A stretch of 62,381 nucleotides of DNA, filler included, from Bonamia ostreae (GCA_040357525.1; 21 parts of 21 records of this genome joined end to end with filler, not necessarily neighbours in it); one strand, 5' to 3'. Shown: positions 1 through 13,826, counted from the whole stretch's first letter. Program-made: numbers and translations. Notes: a model not told the origin generated them from the sequence alone.

Positions 1-190
1 CATTTTTGTTTGATAAAATTTTTTTTGTTTTATCGATGGATTTTAATGCGCAAATTTATTCATTCCCTCAATCAATCAATTAAGTCGTCAAAAATTTTAT
101 ACAACGTATTAAAACAACATTGTTAAGAATTGGAAAAAATTAAATAACAAAATAAAAAAGCTATTTAAAAAATCGAAACAAAAAAGTAAA

Positions 191-2289
191 ATGTCAAATA
201 AATCAAGTTACAATTTAAACATTTTAGTAATAAACAGTTCAGAAATAAATTCGGATGAAGATAAGGAAAATATTTTTAGCGACAAAATTTTTGTTTCTTT
301 ACTAATAATTTTAAGAGTGAATTGAACAAAACAACAACATTTAAACAACAAAAAGTTTTAAAAACTTAAATTTGAAGAAGCCTAAAGATCCAATAACAAC
401 AAAACATCAAATTTCAAAGGAACAACAAAAAATTTTAAAAACAGTTTAAAAAATAAAATTTTAGCGGAATCAACAAGAACCAACAGAACAAGACAAATTA
501 TTAGAACAAAAAATTAAACAACAAAGATTTTTGGAGCGACAAAAATTATTAGAACAGCGAAAACGGGCGGAAAGAGAAAAGTTGCAGCGAAAACTAGGTC
601 TACCGTTTAAACTGAGGAATTGCAGTCGATTGCGATCACCAAAAAGGGCCAAAATCCCACAAAAACCTGTTTGTGTGGATACGCCAGACGTTCACCCGGT
701 CAAATCGCAACGTCGCAAAATGACATTGTTGGATCGATATCCCTACTTGATGGATTACATCCGCAAAGAGTCGACATTGAGGCATTTTCGACGAAAAAAC
801 GGAACTTTTGTCGACAGGGACAAATTTATAAATGCGGTTAAAAAAGGGAAAATGAACAAAGAGCAAAACTTGCTGTTGTACAAACTGATTGAACGCAAAA
901 ACAAAGAGATGATTTCGGAATGCTATGGACGCAACCCTTCTTCACATCTCAAAGTTCTTCTGACGACGATGAGCCCGCGTTCTCCAAAGTTCCATATCAG
1001 AGAAACTGAACACGGACCAAAGTTCTACAAATACATAGATAATCAGAAACAGTACGTGCTCAAAGACATCGAAACTGATTATGAAAAGAAAGTGTATCAG
1101 AGATTTCTGAGAATTAAAGGTTTTGTTTCTAAAGGTTAGAACTAGAAGAAGAGAGAGAGGAAAGAGAGCGACATGCGATTTGGGAAAAACAGTTTATCTT
1201 CAACGATAGCGACAGTGACGAAAATGACGAGTGGGATTTTTTCGCAGACGGTCCGGTGGTTTTAAAAGTCATTTTTAAATAAGAAAAAAATTATTGTCAA
1301 CGCACAAGAAGACAACGAAATAACTGAAGAACAAAAAAAGTTGGAAAAGGTTCGGAGAAATATTTTTAAAGAAAAGGAGAAAATTGAGTCTGAAAAATAT
1401 AAAAATGACAAAGAAACAAATCTCAAAGAAAAGGAAATGTCTTCAGAAAAAGAAAAAATTTTGGATCTCCAGAAAAGCGAATCTGATTCTAAAAATTTTA
1501 TTTCAAACGCAAAAAATGGCTCGGAAGATCCAAAAAGTTTTTGTTTGCAAGTTTACAGAAATCGAAATTCAAACAAAAAATTCAACGGAAACCGATTTAA
1601 ATGGCGTTTCTGACAAGTCAAAAAACGTTGAGATGAAAAAAAGTGAGAAGTTGAATGTGCAAAAGAAAAAGAAAAGGGGAAGAAGACGCTCTAGCCATAA
1701 AAAGAAAGTTTGTGATAATAAAGAATTTGCAGCACCAAAAGACGAAATGACTTCTGTAAAAGAAAAAGATTTGGATGTCCAGAAATGCAGATCAAATTTT
1801 GAAAACAAAAATTTTTCAACAGAATCTGCAAACGCAAAAAATGAAAATGGCTTGGAAGATTCAAAAAGTTTTGTCTGAACATTTATAGTGAAAATGAACT
1901 GCTGCTCGGAATATTCAAAAAACGTCAAGTCGGAAAAAAATGCTTGTGAAAAATCGAATGCACATAACAAAAAGAAAAGGCGAAGAAGAAGACGCTCGAG
2001 TCATATAAAAGAAATTGTCAATGTTAAAAGAAACATCAAGTTTTCTGAATACTTTTTGAGAAGTTTTTTTTAATAAAATTTAGATATTGTGAATTTTTGG
2101 TCCTTGTTTGTGAAGAATATTTTTGCTGTAAGGAAAGAAATTGCGTTAATAAACCAAAATATTTTTAAGATTTTTAAGTCGTTCAGAGAGAGAAGTCTAG
2201 AGATTTTCGCAAAAATTTCAAGTTTAAATTTTTTGAAAATACGAATTTGTAATATTGGGAGCAAATTGTTGTTGTTTGAAAATGTTTAA
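191..2289 (+). CDS. Lys/Arg-rich protein of unknown function, about 9 tiny introns
   Basis: ATG 191; removing GT-AG introns 207-227, 293-315, 355-377, 444-464, 1120-1139, 1259-1283, 1537-1558, 1868-1888 and 2063-2083 joins ORFs 531, 1341, 1384, 1888 and 2089 into one frame. Confidence 0.7.
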
Positions 2290-3129
2290 GTGTGTGAAAT
2301 GTTTCAATCGAAGTGAATTTTAAAGAGTTGATCGTTTTGTATTTCTTCAATTCTTTAATTTTATTTTTTTTTATTTTACATTTTTTTAAATAAAGTTCTA
2401 TTTAAAGAATTGTTTGTTGTTACTGATAATGTTGTTTCCTTTTTTTTTGTGCCGATATCTTTTCTATTGTGGTTGAAACGAAAAACAAATTTTCTTTAAA
2501 GTGGTTGTTGAAAAAATTTTTTTGATCTCAATAAAATGTAGCAGAAAGAATTGTTGTTGTTTACAAATGTTGTGTTTTAAAAGTGTAACATGTACAAAAA
2601 ATTGTTGTTGTTTTTGTTCAGTTGTTTAAATACTGTGAAAATAGAATGTTGTTTAATTTTATAATAAATCTCAAATCAGCTACACTGTCAGTCATTGGAA
2701 AATTGATTATCTTTGGCGTGTTCATCAGAATATTGCATCTTTTAATGCTCAAGATATAAAAAAATATTTACGATGTTTTCATGTTTTGTATCTTTTATGA
2801 AATTTCACATTTTTGCATCTTTAGTTCATCGTTTTTAAGATTTATTGCCAATTCGCTTAGCATACAATATAGAAGAAGATTTTACATTTTTTTCATTTAG
2901 ATTTTANNNNNNNNNNNNNNNNNNNNNNNNNNNNNNNNNNNNNNNNNNNNTTAATTAATTAANNNNNNNNNNNNNNNNNNNNNNNNNNNNNNNNNNNNNN
3001 NNNNNNAATGTGACCCCCTTCCGTCTGTCAACCTCCATAGTTAATTTGTTGGACTTTTTTCATTCATGGCGTACTTGGACGGGGGGCATATAAACAGAAC
3101 TGCCATATATACAGTACTAATGCTTATAC

Positions 3130-3310
3130 ATCCACCTAGTCAGCTCGTCTCATATGCCAGGTACCCTTGGGTTGAGAAGGTGCACCTGAAGTACAGTGAA
3201 GTAACTTGCCCAAGGTTACAATGATGACGCAGAGTTTTGGTGACTGACTGGACTCAAACCCTGGGCTATGGGGTTTGAATACAAAATGCTAACCATTGAA
3301 CCATCACCTC
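3130..3310 (-). mobile_element. Degenerate CORE/MIR-like SINE remnant (host DNA)
   Basis: AAGTAACTTGCCCAAGGTTACA resembles the CORE-SINE core as read on its antisense strand; followed by GGACTCAAACCC, a reverse B-box-like motif. Confidence 0.55.
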
Positions 3311-3367
3311 CACATAAACAAGCAGATATAATGATATTATAATAATTGTGTCATATTTTGTTTACAG

Positions 3368-4058
3368 GTTTGAGCATTGTGCAAAGTGGCCCTTTGCCAA
3401 CATTTATGAAGAATTTTGATCATATATTAGAGCAACCAACAAGGAGTCAGCAGCAATTTTTAAAAGGCCTTAATCAAGTTGGATTAGTTGATGTAAGGCA
3501 ATTATTTATATCTTGCTTCACAATATTTGAAATGTTTTTATCTTTATCTTGATCCAATGTATTTTGAAGGTCAGGATCCTAGACCTTAAAACTTAGACAA
3601 ACTCGCTTTTGGTTTCAGTCTCACTTTTCAGCAATCAATTCCTTTTGTAAAAGTGAAACTGCAATCAAAATGTGGGCCAGCTAAGTTTTCTGGTTGTTAA
3701 GATGTCATCATGATCACTCAGCCCTTAAAATTTTTAAGCATTGATGTTCAACAGATTGTTTGATGAATTAATTTTAAATTAAAATTCAAAGGCCAAAAAA
3801 AAAAAAAGGAAAATAAATGAAGAAGACAGGCAAGTTTTTAGCTCACCAATTTTTAATGTTTTTTTTTTTTTTTTTTCCAGGTCATTAAGGCAAAACCATG
3901 CACCAGGTTTTTGTTTCAGGCTACTGCAAAAGCCGACATAACATTACGGAAGCTTAAACACCTTCTCCAGCCTAAGTTAGATGAAGCTGGATCAAATAAA
4001 AGAAAAAGGCAAGAAAAGATTTACGAAATCTTTCTTAACTATTTAAAAGAAGTGGCAG
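3368..4058 (+). CDS. Two exons (3368-3492, 3881-4058) of a metazoan G2E3/HECT-like protein (host DNA)
   Basis: GLSIVQSGPLPTF...GLNQVGLVD and ...GSNKRKRQEKIYEIFLNYLKEVA; animal-type splice sites (long poly-T tract + CAG, GTAAGG donor) and a 388-nt intron. Confidence 0.6.
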
Positions 4059-4765
4059 GTACTGTTTTTTGCATTATATATATAAAAAAAATAACATCAA
4101 GTGGGAGATGGTCTAATCATAACTATTCTGTCCTGTGTCCAATTGTACAAAAGTTGGTTACGTTTAACTGACAGTTAACTTCACGTACCTGACCAGGTCT
4201 GTATAGTCACTAGTAAACCTCCTCACAAGTCATTTAGTTTAATATCTACACGCCTTGTAATTGATTCAGATTTTTGTCAGCCTCTGTTGATTATGTGGAT
4301 AAAAGTACCTTTCTTTATTTTAAACTGGAAGAAGGGAAGTACAGGATGGAAAGATAACACTTGGTCACATACTCAAATTTATTACCAGAATTGAGTGGGA
4401 ACCAGTTCTTGGGTATTCTCTGCAACCGAAGATTTGCTTCACAGAAACAGAAAATGCAAGTCTTATACCAAAGAGTTCAACTTGCATAAATTGTCTATAT
4501 CTTCCAGTACCAGGGGTTTTAGATCCCATACCAGAGCCTTCTCATCTCTTCAACTTTTATGATTTGGCATTTTGTAACACCTACTTTGGACTTAATTAGG
4601 AACTGGAATTGTATACAGCTGTGACGGCCTGAAACTTTTCCATCTGTGCATCTAATTTTGCAAATCTGGACCAACGCAGTATAGTAATGCTTTTTAAGAA
4701 AGTTAAGCATAGCATATATTCAAGCTTGCCCATATAGGTTCTTTCAATCTAGTGAATTTTTTCCC

Positions 4766-4835
4766 TTACCTGTACTAAAGGTTCAAGTGAGCTTTTCTAA
4801 TCTCCTGTCATATGTCCATCCATGTGCTAACTTTT
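4766..4835 (+). mobile_element. Oyster-type Helentron/HINE terminal-motif remnant (host DNA)
   Basis: AAGGTTCAAGTGAGCTTTTCT...TGTCCATCC resembles, from recall, the conserved end of oyster non-autonomous Helitron/Helentron elements. Confidence 0.5.
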
Positions 4836-5667
4836 TGTCTTACTTTCACTGAAAATGGGGGATATTAATTTTTGTCTGTCTGTCCATCCATCATGATCCA
4901 TCTTTCATTTTGTCTGTGTAACACTTTCGATTCCGGACAACATCTCAAAAAGCCTTTGAACTTTCGCAATGAAATTTTATATCATAATCACCTATCATCT
5001 TTAAAAAGACAACAACAAAAAAAACCAAAAAAACATCTTACAAAGGAATGCCTTGTGTAAAAATGTTGATTTTACATTTGACCAGGATGGGGTCACTTAA
5101 ATTTTTTTCTATTTTTTTTAAAATCTTTTTTTTATATAAATGTTTTGTTTATATTTTGTAAAATTTATTCAAGTATCATCATGTACATTCAATAAGTTTC
5201 AAACCATGTCAGGGATGGGGCTAAAAAGTTGATCCAAAGATTTACTCAGGATATATTATACATTGGGGGAAAAATTAGTATACACAGGGAAAAAATTTCT
5301 TGTTCGACATATTTCAAGCTCCACCTATAAAAATAAATGTTTGCTTTGTCATCATTCCGTAAAAGAAACTTGTGAATGTATTAAATATTTATTACAAACT
5401 AGCAGGATGGTATTGTGATTACCATGAAATTTAACTTTGGAAGTAAAGCTTAGCTTTTCTTTAAAAAATTCATGATTTTTGGACAAAATGTATTTCATTT
5501 TTGTAAAGATATATCACAAATTGTTTAAAATTTAAAATTTCCTATCAGTATAGGCACTAAAAGGTTTCTTGATATGGAATATACCTCATCCCAACATCTG
5601 ATGACAAATGATACAGCTTGTTTAATCAATAATTGAATTTATGAAGGGATGTTATTTTTGTCTTAAA

Positions 5668-5904
5668 GATATAAAGTGTAGAACTTGTGTCATACTTTGA
5701 TATTTTTTTTAATATGGTTACCATGCAATATTTCATGCATGCTTATTCTGTTAATTTGTTAATTATTTTGATATAAAGTGTAGAACTTGTGTCATATTTT
5801 GATATTTTTTTAATATGGTTACCATGCAATATTGCATGCATGCTTATTCTCTGTTAATTTGTTAATTATTTTGATATAAAGTGTAGAACTTGTGTCATAT
5901 TTTG
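5668..5904. repeat. Tandem repeat, 102-103 bp unit, about 2.3 copies
   Basis: GATATAAAGTGTAGAACTTGTGTCATA recurs at 5668, 5770 and 5873. Confidence 0.9.
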
Positions 5905-6004
5905 NNNNNNNNNNNNNNNNNNNNNNNNNNNNNNNNNNNNNNNNNNNNTTAATTAATTAANNNNNNNNNNNNNNNNNNNNNNNNNNNNNNNNNNNNNNNN
6001 NNNN

Positions 6005-6125
6005 TTGCAAAATTTGTCATTTTTGTAAATCGAAATCTTTTAAAATTGCAAAATTTGTCGTTTTTGTAAATCGAAATCTTTTAAAATTGCAAAATATGTC
6101 ATTTTTGTAAATCGCAATCTTTAAA
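6005..6125. repeat. 41-bp minisatellite x3, probably intronic
   Basis: TTGCAAAATTTGTCATTTTTGTAAATCGAAATCTTTTAAAA repeated just upstream of the exon starting about 6171. Confidence 0.9.
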
Positions 6126-6170
6126 ATATTTGCCATTTTTCAATTAAAAATATTGTTCAATCTTTTGAAG

Positions 6171-8900
6171 TGATTACTCCGAAAATGAAGAAAACACAAA
6201 ACAAAAAACTGATTGAATGTGGAGACAAAGTTGTGATCAAACCGCAAATACTCATTCACTGTTTCCGCTCCTTCCAACTTTGTCCGATCAACATGAATTG
6301 GTTCGGATGGCCATCCGAATTCAACTCGATCGTCAACAGAGAATGCGTCGTTCGAAAACTCTGCAAAAAAACTTCGCTCGCGCTGGTCGAAATGACCGCA
6401 GAAAACAGAAGCAAGTTCATCCTGATTTGGGTTCCGATCAAAGCCATCAAACGATTGGCCATTTCAGAAAAGTTTTGCCGCGTCAAATCGAACGAAAAAT
6501 TAAGATCGCTTTTACGGAACAATTTGGTAAAGAATATTGTGAGCTTATGTACTCGGATAGTAACCAAAGTGATCGAGAACAAGTCGAAAGATCTCGAAGA
6601 TGAATTCGGGAAAAGGTTTGTGTTGGAGCAGATGGCGCGTTCACATCTTCGCTATTTCGAGTCCTTTGAAAATATTCCTTTTTCGTTTCCCGAAAAAACA
6701 AAAAATTTTGAGCGCTTTTTAACAAGTTTTCGAAAAATTTGCAATTTTAATTTTTCAATTTTATTTTTTTCTTAAGTCGAAGACAGTTTTGAAATGAGCA
6801 ACAAACTGATCATCGAAGGAAAAGACAAAATTGCCAAAAACAACAAAAAATTGTTTTTCAAGTGCAACGAAATGAGCTTGAAAGGCGAACAATTCCACTT
6901 TCGGAACACAGTTTTGCTGTGGAAGCAACACATTTTGATCGAGCACAGCGAAGCGCTGTGTTTCAGTATTCTCGGGAAAATCACCGTTCCGCCCGAAGTC
7001 TCCATCGTCGTCGCAGGTTTCAAAGAAAATTTCATCTCTGCAAAAATTAGGCGACGAAAACTGCGAAGAAGTGCTTTTGGAGTTGAAGGACAATAAAATT
7101 TTCTATCCCTTCAAAATCGACCGCGGCGAAGCTTGGGTCTTCGTTCTGGCGAGAAAAGCGGAAAGAGAAAGCAGATTGCGCAATGTCCAGATCTATTTGT
7201 TGGCCAGTTCGACTTGTCTGGAACTGACTTTGGGGCTGTGGCTGCTCTCTGTTTCAATGGATCGGCTGAAGGAACTCTCTCTGCGCGGGAAAAGCGATCG
7301 CAACGACGAAGGAAAAGTGGCGGAACGCATTGTGAAAACACTGTTGCCGCGCGTGAAAGATGGGATAAAAGGAGTGCTGGCGATAGTGTCGCAGACGAAC
7401 TGTTCTTTGTATGTCAAGTTGGTGATCTTGAGGACGTTGTCGTATGTGCTCGAGTCTTTGAAGCCCTTCTGCGCGCCGGAAAAGCATTTTGGGTTTTCGG
7501 AAGAAATCTCGAATGTCGTTTTTAAAGATTTGTCGTTTGTTTCCGAGATACAGAAAATCGAAAAGAGCGAAAATTCTGTTTTTTAAAATTTTTGTTTAAT
7601 TAATTTTGACAATGTCGTCCAACAAAATTTTTGTTTAATAAATTTTGACAATGTCGTCCAACAAAATTTTTGTTTAATAAATTTTGACAATGTCGNNNNN
7701 NNNNNNNNNNNNNNNNNNNNNNNNNNNNNNNNNNNNNNNNNNNNNNNNNNNNNNNNNNNNNNNNNNNNNNNNNNNNNNNNNNNNNNNNNNNNNNNTCCAA
7801 CAAAAAAAGAATAAAGAAATTTATTCCGAATATTATCACGCTTTGCTGGAGATATTGATATTGACTTGTTTCAACCAGATAGATAGCACTTTGGCGGAAG
7901 AATCGATAGTAAGTTCGGACAATCCCAGAAACGAATTGGCGGAATTGATGTCTTGTTTCAGTAACAACTCTTATCCTAACTCTTTTTTATGGCCTGAGCT
8001 TTCTGAGCGAATCGTCTTCGTTCTTTACATGTTGCGTTATGTTACTGGCGACAATAGAAGATTGGACGCGTTTGAGAAAATGGCGGGAGCTCTAAGCAAA
8101 ACGGCAAAAGTTTTGGAAATTTGAAATTTATAAAAGAAGAAAAAAGTGAGTTGGCAAAGAGTAACAAAAGAAGATTTGGAAGAGATCGCCGAATTTGAGT
8201 ACGACAGCAAAATCACAAAAATTTCTATCGAAATTGCTCGCGAACTTTTGTTGGAAATCGACAATTCGGGCAATTTGATTTTTCTACACGTCGATTTGCG
8301 AAACGGGTTTTTTTGCAAATGAAATTAAAATATTTAAAATTTAAAATTGGCAAAATTTCAAAAATTGATAAAAGCACAAAAAAATAAAATTAAATAAGAA
8401 AATTTGCTAAAATTGTGAGAAAATCAAAACGTTTATTGAGCACAAAAATGCTATTAAATTTGACGGATTCAATTTTAGACATTTCTTCTATGACTTGGAA
8501 CCCAAAAAGAGTCAAAATTGACCGAATTAATTCAGAAAAATCGATTTATATTCAATTATTTGACCAAATAGGATTAGTCGACAGTTCGAAATTAAGGTAA
8601 AAATTGACATTTTTGTTAAATTTTAGTTTTTTCAAATTTTATCAAAACTTGATTTAAAATAATAGGATTAAACCCTCTCCGACTGGTAACTCTGTTGGAT
8701 TTTTTGTAAATTTTGTAAATGAGAGCGCAGTTGGCAGTGTTTTTTTCTTCAACAAATAGACTGGTCCGTACAGAGAAGTGTTGGAACAAATTTTCAACGA
8801 AATTTTTTCAGTTAAAAACGACAACTTTTTATTTGAACCAACTCCAAATTTCAAGGTTTTTGATAAATTTATCACTAAAATAACAAAAAATCTGTAAATC
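6171..8900 (+). CDS. Internal fragment of a large multi-exon protein; N-terminal part weakly resembles a MIB/HERC2-type SH3-like module
   Basis: Consecutive + ORFs (6170, 6794, 7071, about 7800-8120, 8415) separated by short AT-rich gaps; GDKVVIK...FGWPSEFNSIVNRECVV...LIWVPIKAI. Confidence 0.45.
7586..7800. repeat. 39-bp minisatellite spanning an assembly gap, probably intronic
   Basis: AAAATTTTTGTTTAATAAATTTTGACAATGTCGTCCAAC with period 39 (7611 to 7650). Confidence 0.85.
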
Positions 8901-9000
8901 NNNNNNNNNNNNNNNNNNNNNNNNNNNNNNNNNNNNNNNNNNNNTTAATTAATTAANNNNNNNNNNNNNNNNNNNNNNNNNNNNNNNNNNNNNNNNNNNN

Positions 9001-9877
9001 TGTCAATGGCATCCGCTATTTCTTTGGTATCAGCATAGACACTTCCACAAAAACCTAGAGCGTTAATCTGCAAAGACGCCAAAGAACCTCGCGTTTTTCC
9101 TTTTTCGCCCGGCAAATTTTGCTTTATTTGGATCTCAGCACACGGCTTCGCCCGCGGCACCAAAAGAAGTCTTTGCCTATCAAAAATCAGATTATAATCA
9201 AATCTGTCTTTTTTTAGTTGCCGTCTGGCGGATTCCATCGCATCATTATAACAAGCCAATAAAGTGCTTTCCAAATTTTCCGCATTTGTGTCGAAAGTAT
9301 AAAAATAATGGGCAAAATCGAATTCTCGAATTTTTGATTTTTTCGATAAAACGGTCGAAAAAAAATTTCCGCTTATTGAGCTGTACGGCATAACTTGCAA
9401 ATGAAAATGGTCTACGGAACGACCCGAATTATAGCCCGCGTTATAGAACGCAAAACTGTCTACGGAAAGCAACAAACTGATCGTTGCCCTAAAATCTGAT
9501 GAGGAAAGACGATCTCCTTGCGCTCTAAAATTTTTTGATGTCAGCAACAGATGATTTTCGAGCACTTTATATTTGTTAAGGAATAATCTGTAATCTTTTC
9601 CTTCTTCGCACAGATTCGCAAATTGGTCGGAATCCATTACAAGAAGTCCTTTTTCAAACGGGGGCAAAAAAGGTTTTTCGTTAGTTGTTTTTTTGTACAA
9701 TGAGATTTTTTCTGGTTCCGAAGAGACATAAATTGAATAGTACGGACTTTTGGTTTCTTCGAAGCCTTTTTTGGTATAAAAAGAATGTCGTTTGGTTCTG
9801 ATCGGCGATAAAGTTTTATAATTGATAGCTGTTTTGGTGGCTTCTTTTACCAAATTTAAAAGTGAAATCTCGGGCAT
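9001..9877 (-). CDS. Ap4A phosphorylase / ATP adenylyltransferase (APA1/APA2 family), 3' end truncated by the contig edge
   Basis: PFLPP, LNKY, FYNAG..SG.S..HFHLQ (HxHxQ) and INALGF motifs. Confidence 0.9.
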
Positions 9878-10036
9878 TTGGATTTATATTATATTATTTG
9901 AGCTTATTATTTAAGCTTGATTTTACAGGGAACAATGACCAATGTGCTTGACGCTCATTTTAAGACAAACAAAAATATTACATTTTGCTAATTTGTTCTT
10001 AACATTTAGGATCACCAATATTATTTTTGTTGAAAA

Positions 10037-11893
10037 ATGGCGAATCACAGGATAACTAAAAAAATTCAGAAAAAACACAAAAAGATATCAAAAAGAAAAA
10101 GTCGAGGTTTTAACTCAAATTATATTGTCCTTTAAAATTTAAATTTTCGTAACAAAGAAAAATTTGCAAAACGGCAAATGGAAAAGATTAGCTCTAAAAT
10201 TCCTAAAACAACAAAAAAACTATCGAAAACCGAAAAAATCAACAAAAACCGCCAAAAAAGATTAGAAAATCGCAGATTTTTGGCAAAATCGTTAAAAATG
10301 AAATTGGATTCTCCCAAATTAGCCGTTTTAATACAAATTTTAGATATTAATACCAATATCTCTGCAAAATCTCGAAAAATCTTTTGAAACTTCTGACCTT
10401 CTCCAAAATGTTGAAAAGATAACGTTTTTAAATAATGTGGAAAAAACAAATTCCAAAATATTTTTAAGCAAATTCCAAAATTTGGAAAAAAACAATTTAA
10501 ACTAAAAAGTTTGGAAAAACAAAAAGAAATGAAAATATATCATCTTTCGGAAAACTTTAATAATTTGGCCATTTTGGACGCGTCAAAAATTAGCGATTTG
10601 ATAATAATTGAAATAAAAGTAAACGAAGAAAGTGAATTTGTGAAAATAATCGAAAATTCAAAATTTTTGGATAAAATAAAAAGATTGAGCACTTTGTTGA
10701 TATCACAAGGTTGTCCTAATTTGATAGTTTTGTTGAACTGTGGTGCAATGTCAATGAATAAGAAAGTTATTCAAAAAAGAAAAACAATTTTGAAAAGAAT
10801 GAGCACTTTATTTTCTAAATTTTTTAATAACAAAATTCGTGTTGAATTTAAAGACGTTTTTATTCTAAATTTTACAAAACTTTTAAAAAAAATTTATTAA
10901 TCAATTGCGAAAATGAAAATAAATTTATTAATCAATCGCAAAAAAATTTAAAATCGCAAAATTTAATTAAATGACAAACAGAATGAAAGACTGCATCGAA
11001 TTCTTAAATCCACAAATACTCCAAAAATAAATTGGAGAGACAAAAGAACTTTTCTCGTTGCAGACCAAATTCAATTTAAAAACAAAATTTTATCTCTTGA
11101 AGGAATTTTAAGAGGAGATATTCCGTTAAATCCAACTCTCAAAGTTCATTTGACCGGTTTTGGCGATTTTGAAGTTTTGTCGGTCGAAAAAGATTACGAA
11201 AAAATTACCATTTTTAACGAAAAAATGGACAAAAATCGATTATTTGAAAATGGCAAAAATTCGATCTTCGGAAAAAATGAAATTGATGAAAAAAAACATA
11301 AAAGAGAAATCTTGGAAAAGTTGAAAATCGACGAAAAGGAATGCCAAAACAGAAATTTTACTGTTTTATAAAAACAACTTTTTCGTTATTAAAATCGTTT
11401 TCTAAACAAAAAAAGATGGAATCGAAAAAATTGGATATCAAAAACGAAGTTTTGACCCCCGTCGACAAACCAGCTCGACTGCGCTTCTACAAATACAGAG
11501 GATTGCAAAGTTTAGCCAAATCTCCTTGGCGCAAAAATCCACTTCCAAAACATTTAGAAAACCTCTTTTCTCCACAAAATTTTGGCGATTCGATAAAAAA
11601 TATGAAAAAAGAAATTGAACATAAATTAAAAATTCAAATTAATGGACAAAACGAAAAGAAGAGCTTTAAAATGGATGAAATAAGTCCGTGGCAGAGGGTA
11701 AAAATCAATGTTAAAATTGATTTGGAGATGGCTGAAAAGGTTTGTGAATATTGGAATGGCGGAAGTCGTTTTGTCATCTTGTCTAGTCTTTTCGAAGATG
11801 AATCTATACGTTCTGTTGTACATTTTAAAGTTTTTATTAAAAATTGGCGATTTTTGTTGTTGAAATTTCGAATTTTTGCGATTTTGTGTTATT
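10037..11893 (+). CDS. TSR1: Pre-rRNA processing protein TSR1, partial, multi-exon
   Basis: WRDKRTFLVAD, GILRG..LNPTLKVHLTGFGDF, PARLRFYKYRGLQSLAKSPW; includes a 19-nt intron at 10325-10343. Confidence 0.88.
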
Positions 11894-11993
11894 NNNNNNN
11901 NNNNNNNNNNNNNNNNNNNNNNNNNNNNNNNNNNNNNTTAATTAATTAANNNNNNNNNNNNNNNNNNNNNNNNNNNNNNNNNNNNNNNNNNNN

Positions 11994-13658
11994 TTTTCTC
12001 AACGAAACATTTTCCGTTTTGAGAGCTTTATTCGTTGATTCCAAACGCTTTTTGATATTTTCGTCGTAATTAATTTTCTTTAAATTTTGGAAAAGTTACT
12101 TTTGTCTCGTCATGAAAATCGGTAATGATTTTTTCACTGTTCAAACAAAAATTGTATTTTTTCGCAACATTTTTTCCCAATCTTGAATTCAGCCGCTCTC
12201 TCAAATTTCTACATTCCAATTCGCTTTTCCGGAGTCTGTGCTAAATTTTAAATTCGAATCTTAACTTTGATCGCGTTGAACTTTCCGATGAAAACAGCGC
12301 AATCTTTCTCAATTTGGCTCAATTGCTTTTTATATTTTTTTGTTTCCAAATTTGACCTTTCTTCGTTTTCTCTAAATTGGAAAATTAAAATTTGAACTTT
12401 AGTTTTATCGAAATTTGATCGTTTTTTCTTGTTAGAAAATCATTGTTATTTTTAAGTTCGTTTAAAAGTTTCAATTTGCGTTTGTTTTCTTTTTCCAATT
12501 TATTGATTTCCTCGAAAGTCTAATTTTTGTAATTTAAACTTCGTTTTTAAACGATTCGCCATTTTTGATTTCGGATAAAAGTTTCGAGACGACATTAATA
12601 CAATTTTCTTTGTCTTCCAAAGACTGGTTTTGGAAATTAATTTTTTCAAAGTTTAAGTCTATTCCAAATTTTCTGGAAGCCAATTCTTTATTTATATGAG
12701 CAGCTTTATTTTCAAAGTCCGAAATAGGAATTTTTCTTTGATTTTTATGGCAGAAAACCTTTTGGTTGGCAATAGTGAATTTTCGTTTTTTGCAGCCATT
12801 TTCTTTTTTTATAAGCTCAGAAATTTTTGGTGATTATATGTGAATTTGTTAATTGAAAGTTTGTAAAAATGGCGTGTTCGTGTTAAAATTTTTATTAAAT
12901 TCCAATTCTGAAATTCCACAATTTTTTCTTTTCGACGTACTCCTTTTTGAAGCCGCCCGCAAAACAAACTATTTTCCTAAATTTTGAATATTTTTAACTG
13001 TTTTTTGTTTTTATCTTTTTTGACAATAGTCGGAAATTTGAATGAATGAGCTACGAATTGTATATCGTTCGAGGATTTTTCGATCAAACGAACACTGTTT
13101 TCTTCGTTTTCCTAAATTTTGAAATTTGTTACTTTTTTGCGTCGACTTATCAATTTCGAATAGTTTTCTTTTAATTCTAAAATTTGTCGCTTCGCTTTCT
13201 CTTGTGTTTCAGTTGTTCCTGTCGTTAACATATTCACTTTGAGATTGTTGAACAAAACGTATTTTAGCTATTTTGTTGTAATAGTCAAAAAATTCTTTTC
13301 CGTCGTCAAAATCTTCTTTTTCTAAAATAGACCTGAAAATTAATAAAATTACAAAAAATTTAGTTTTTTCCTCGAATTTATTTGTTCGTAATATTTTTGT
13401 CTAAAAAAGGGATCTTTCACAAAATCCGTCTTTTTGAGCTTTTTTGTACAATTTTTGCAGCGAAAATCAGATTTCTTAGAAAAGTTTTCGTTTATGCAGC
13501 CGAGACAACTAATTATTGAATCTAGAAAACAGAGTCAGTCCACAACAATTGCTGTAATACAATTTTAAGCTTTTAAAATTTCTTTTTGTTAGTTTGCATT
13601 CTGGACAATTATTGGAAATTTCAAAAAAATCTTTGTCCCATAATAAATTATGTTCCAT
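11994..13658 (-). CDS. MNAT1: CDK-activating kinase assembly factor MAT1/TFB3-like RING protein (absent from the ORF track; 3' limit uncertain)
   Basis: ATG 13658; CPECKLTKRNFKSLKLYYSNCCGLTL-[22-nt intron 13509-13530]-CLGCINENFSKKSDFRCKNCTKKLKKTDF matches the spacing of the MAT1 N-terminal RING. Confidence 0.7.
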
Positions 13659-13826
13659 AAAAATAAAGATTCTGCTAAATATCGTTTAAAAATTAGTTTT
13701 TCCGATATATTTTTTAAATAGACAAACGAAAATTTATTTTGCAAAAAACATTAAACACCGTTCCCCATTTTTAATATCGCCTAAAAATATTAGATCCAAA
13801 TAATAACTTTTCAAAAGCTGGCAAAA

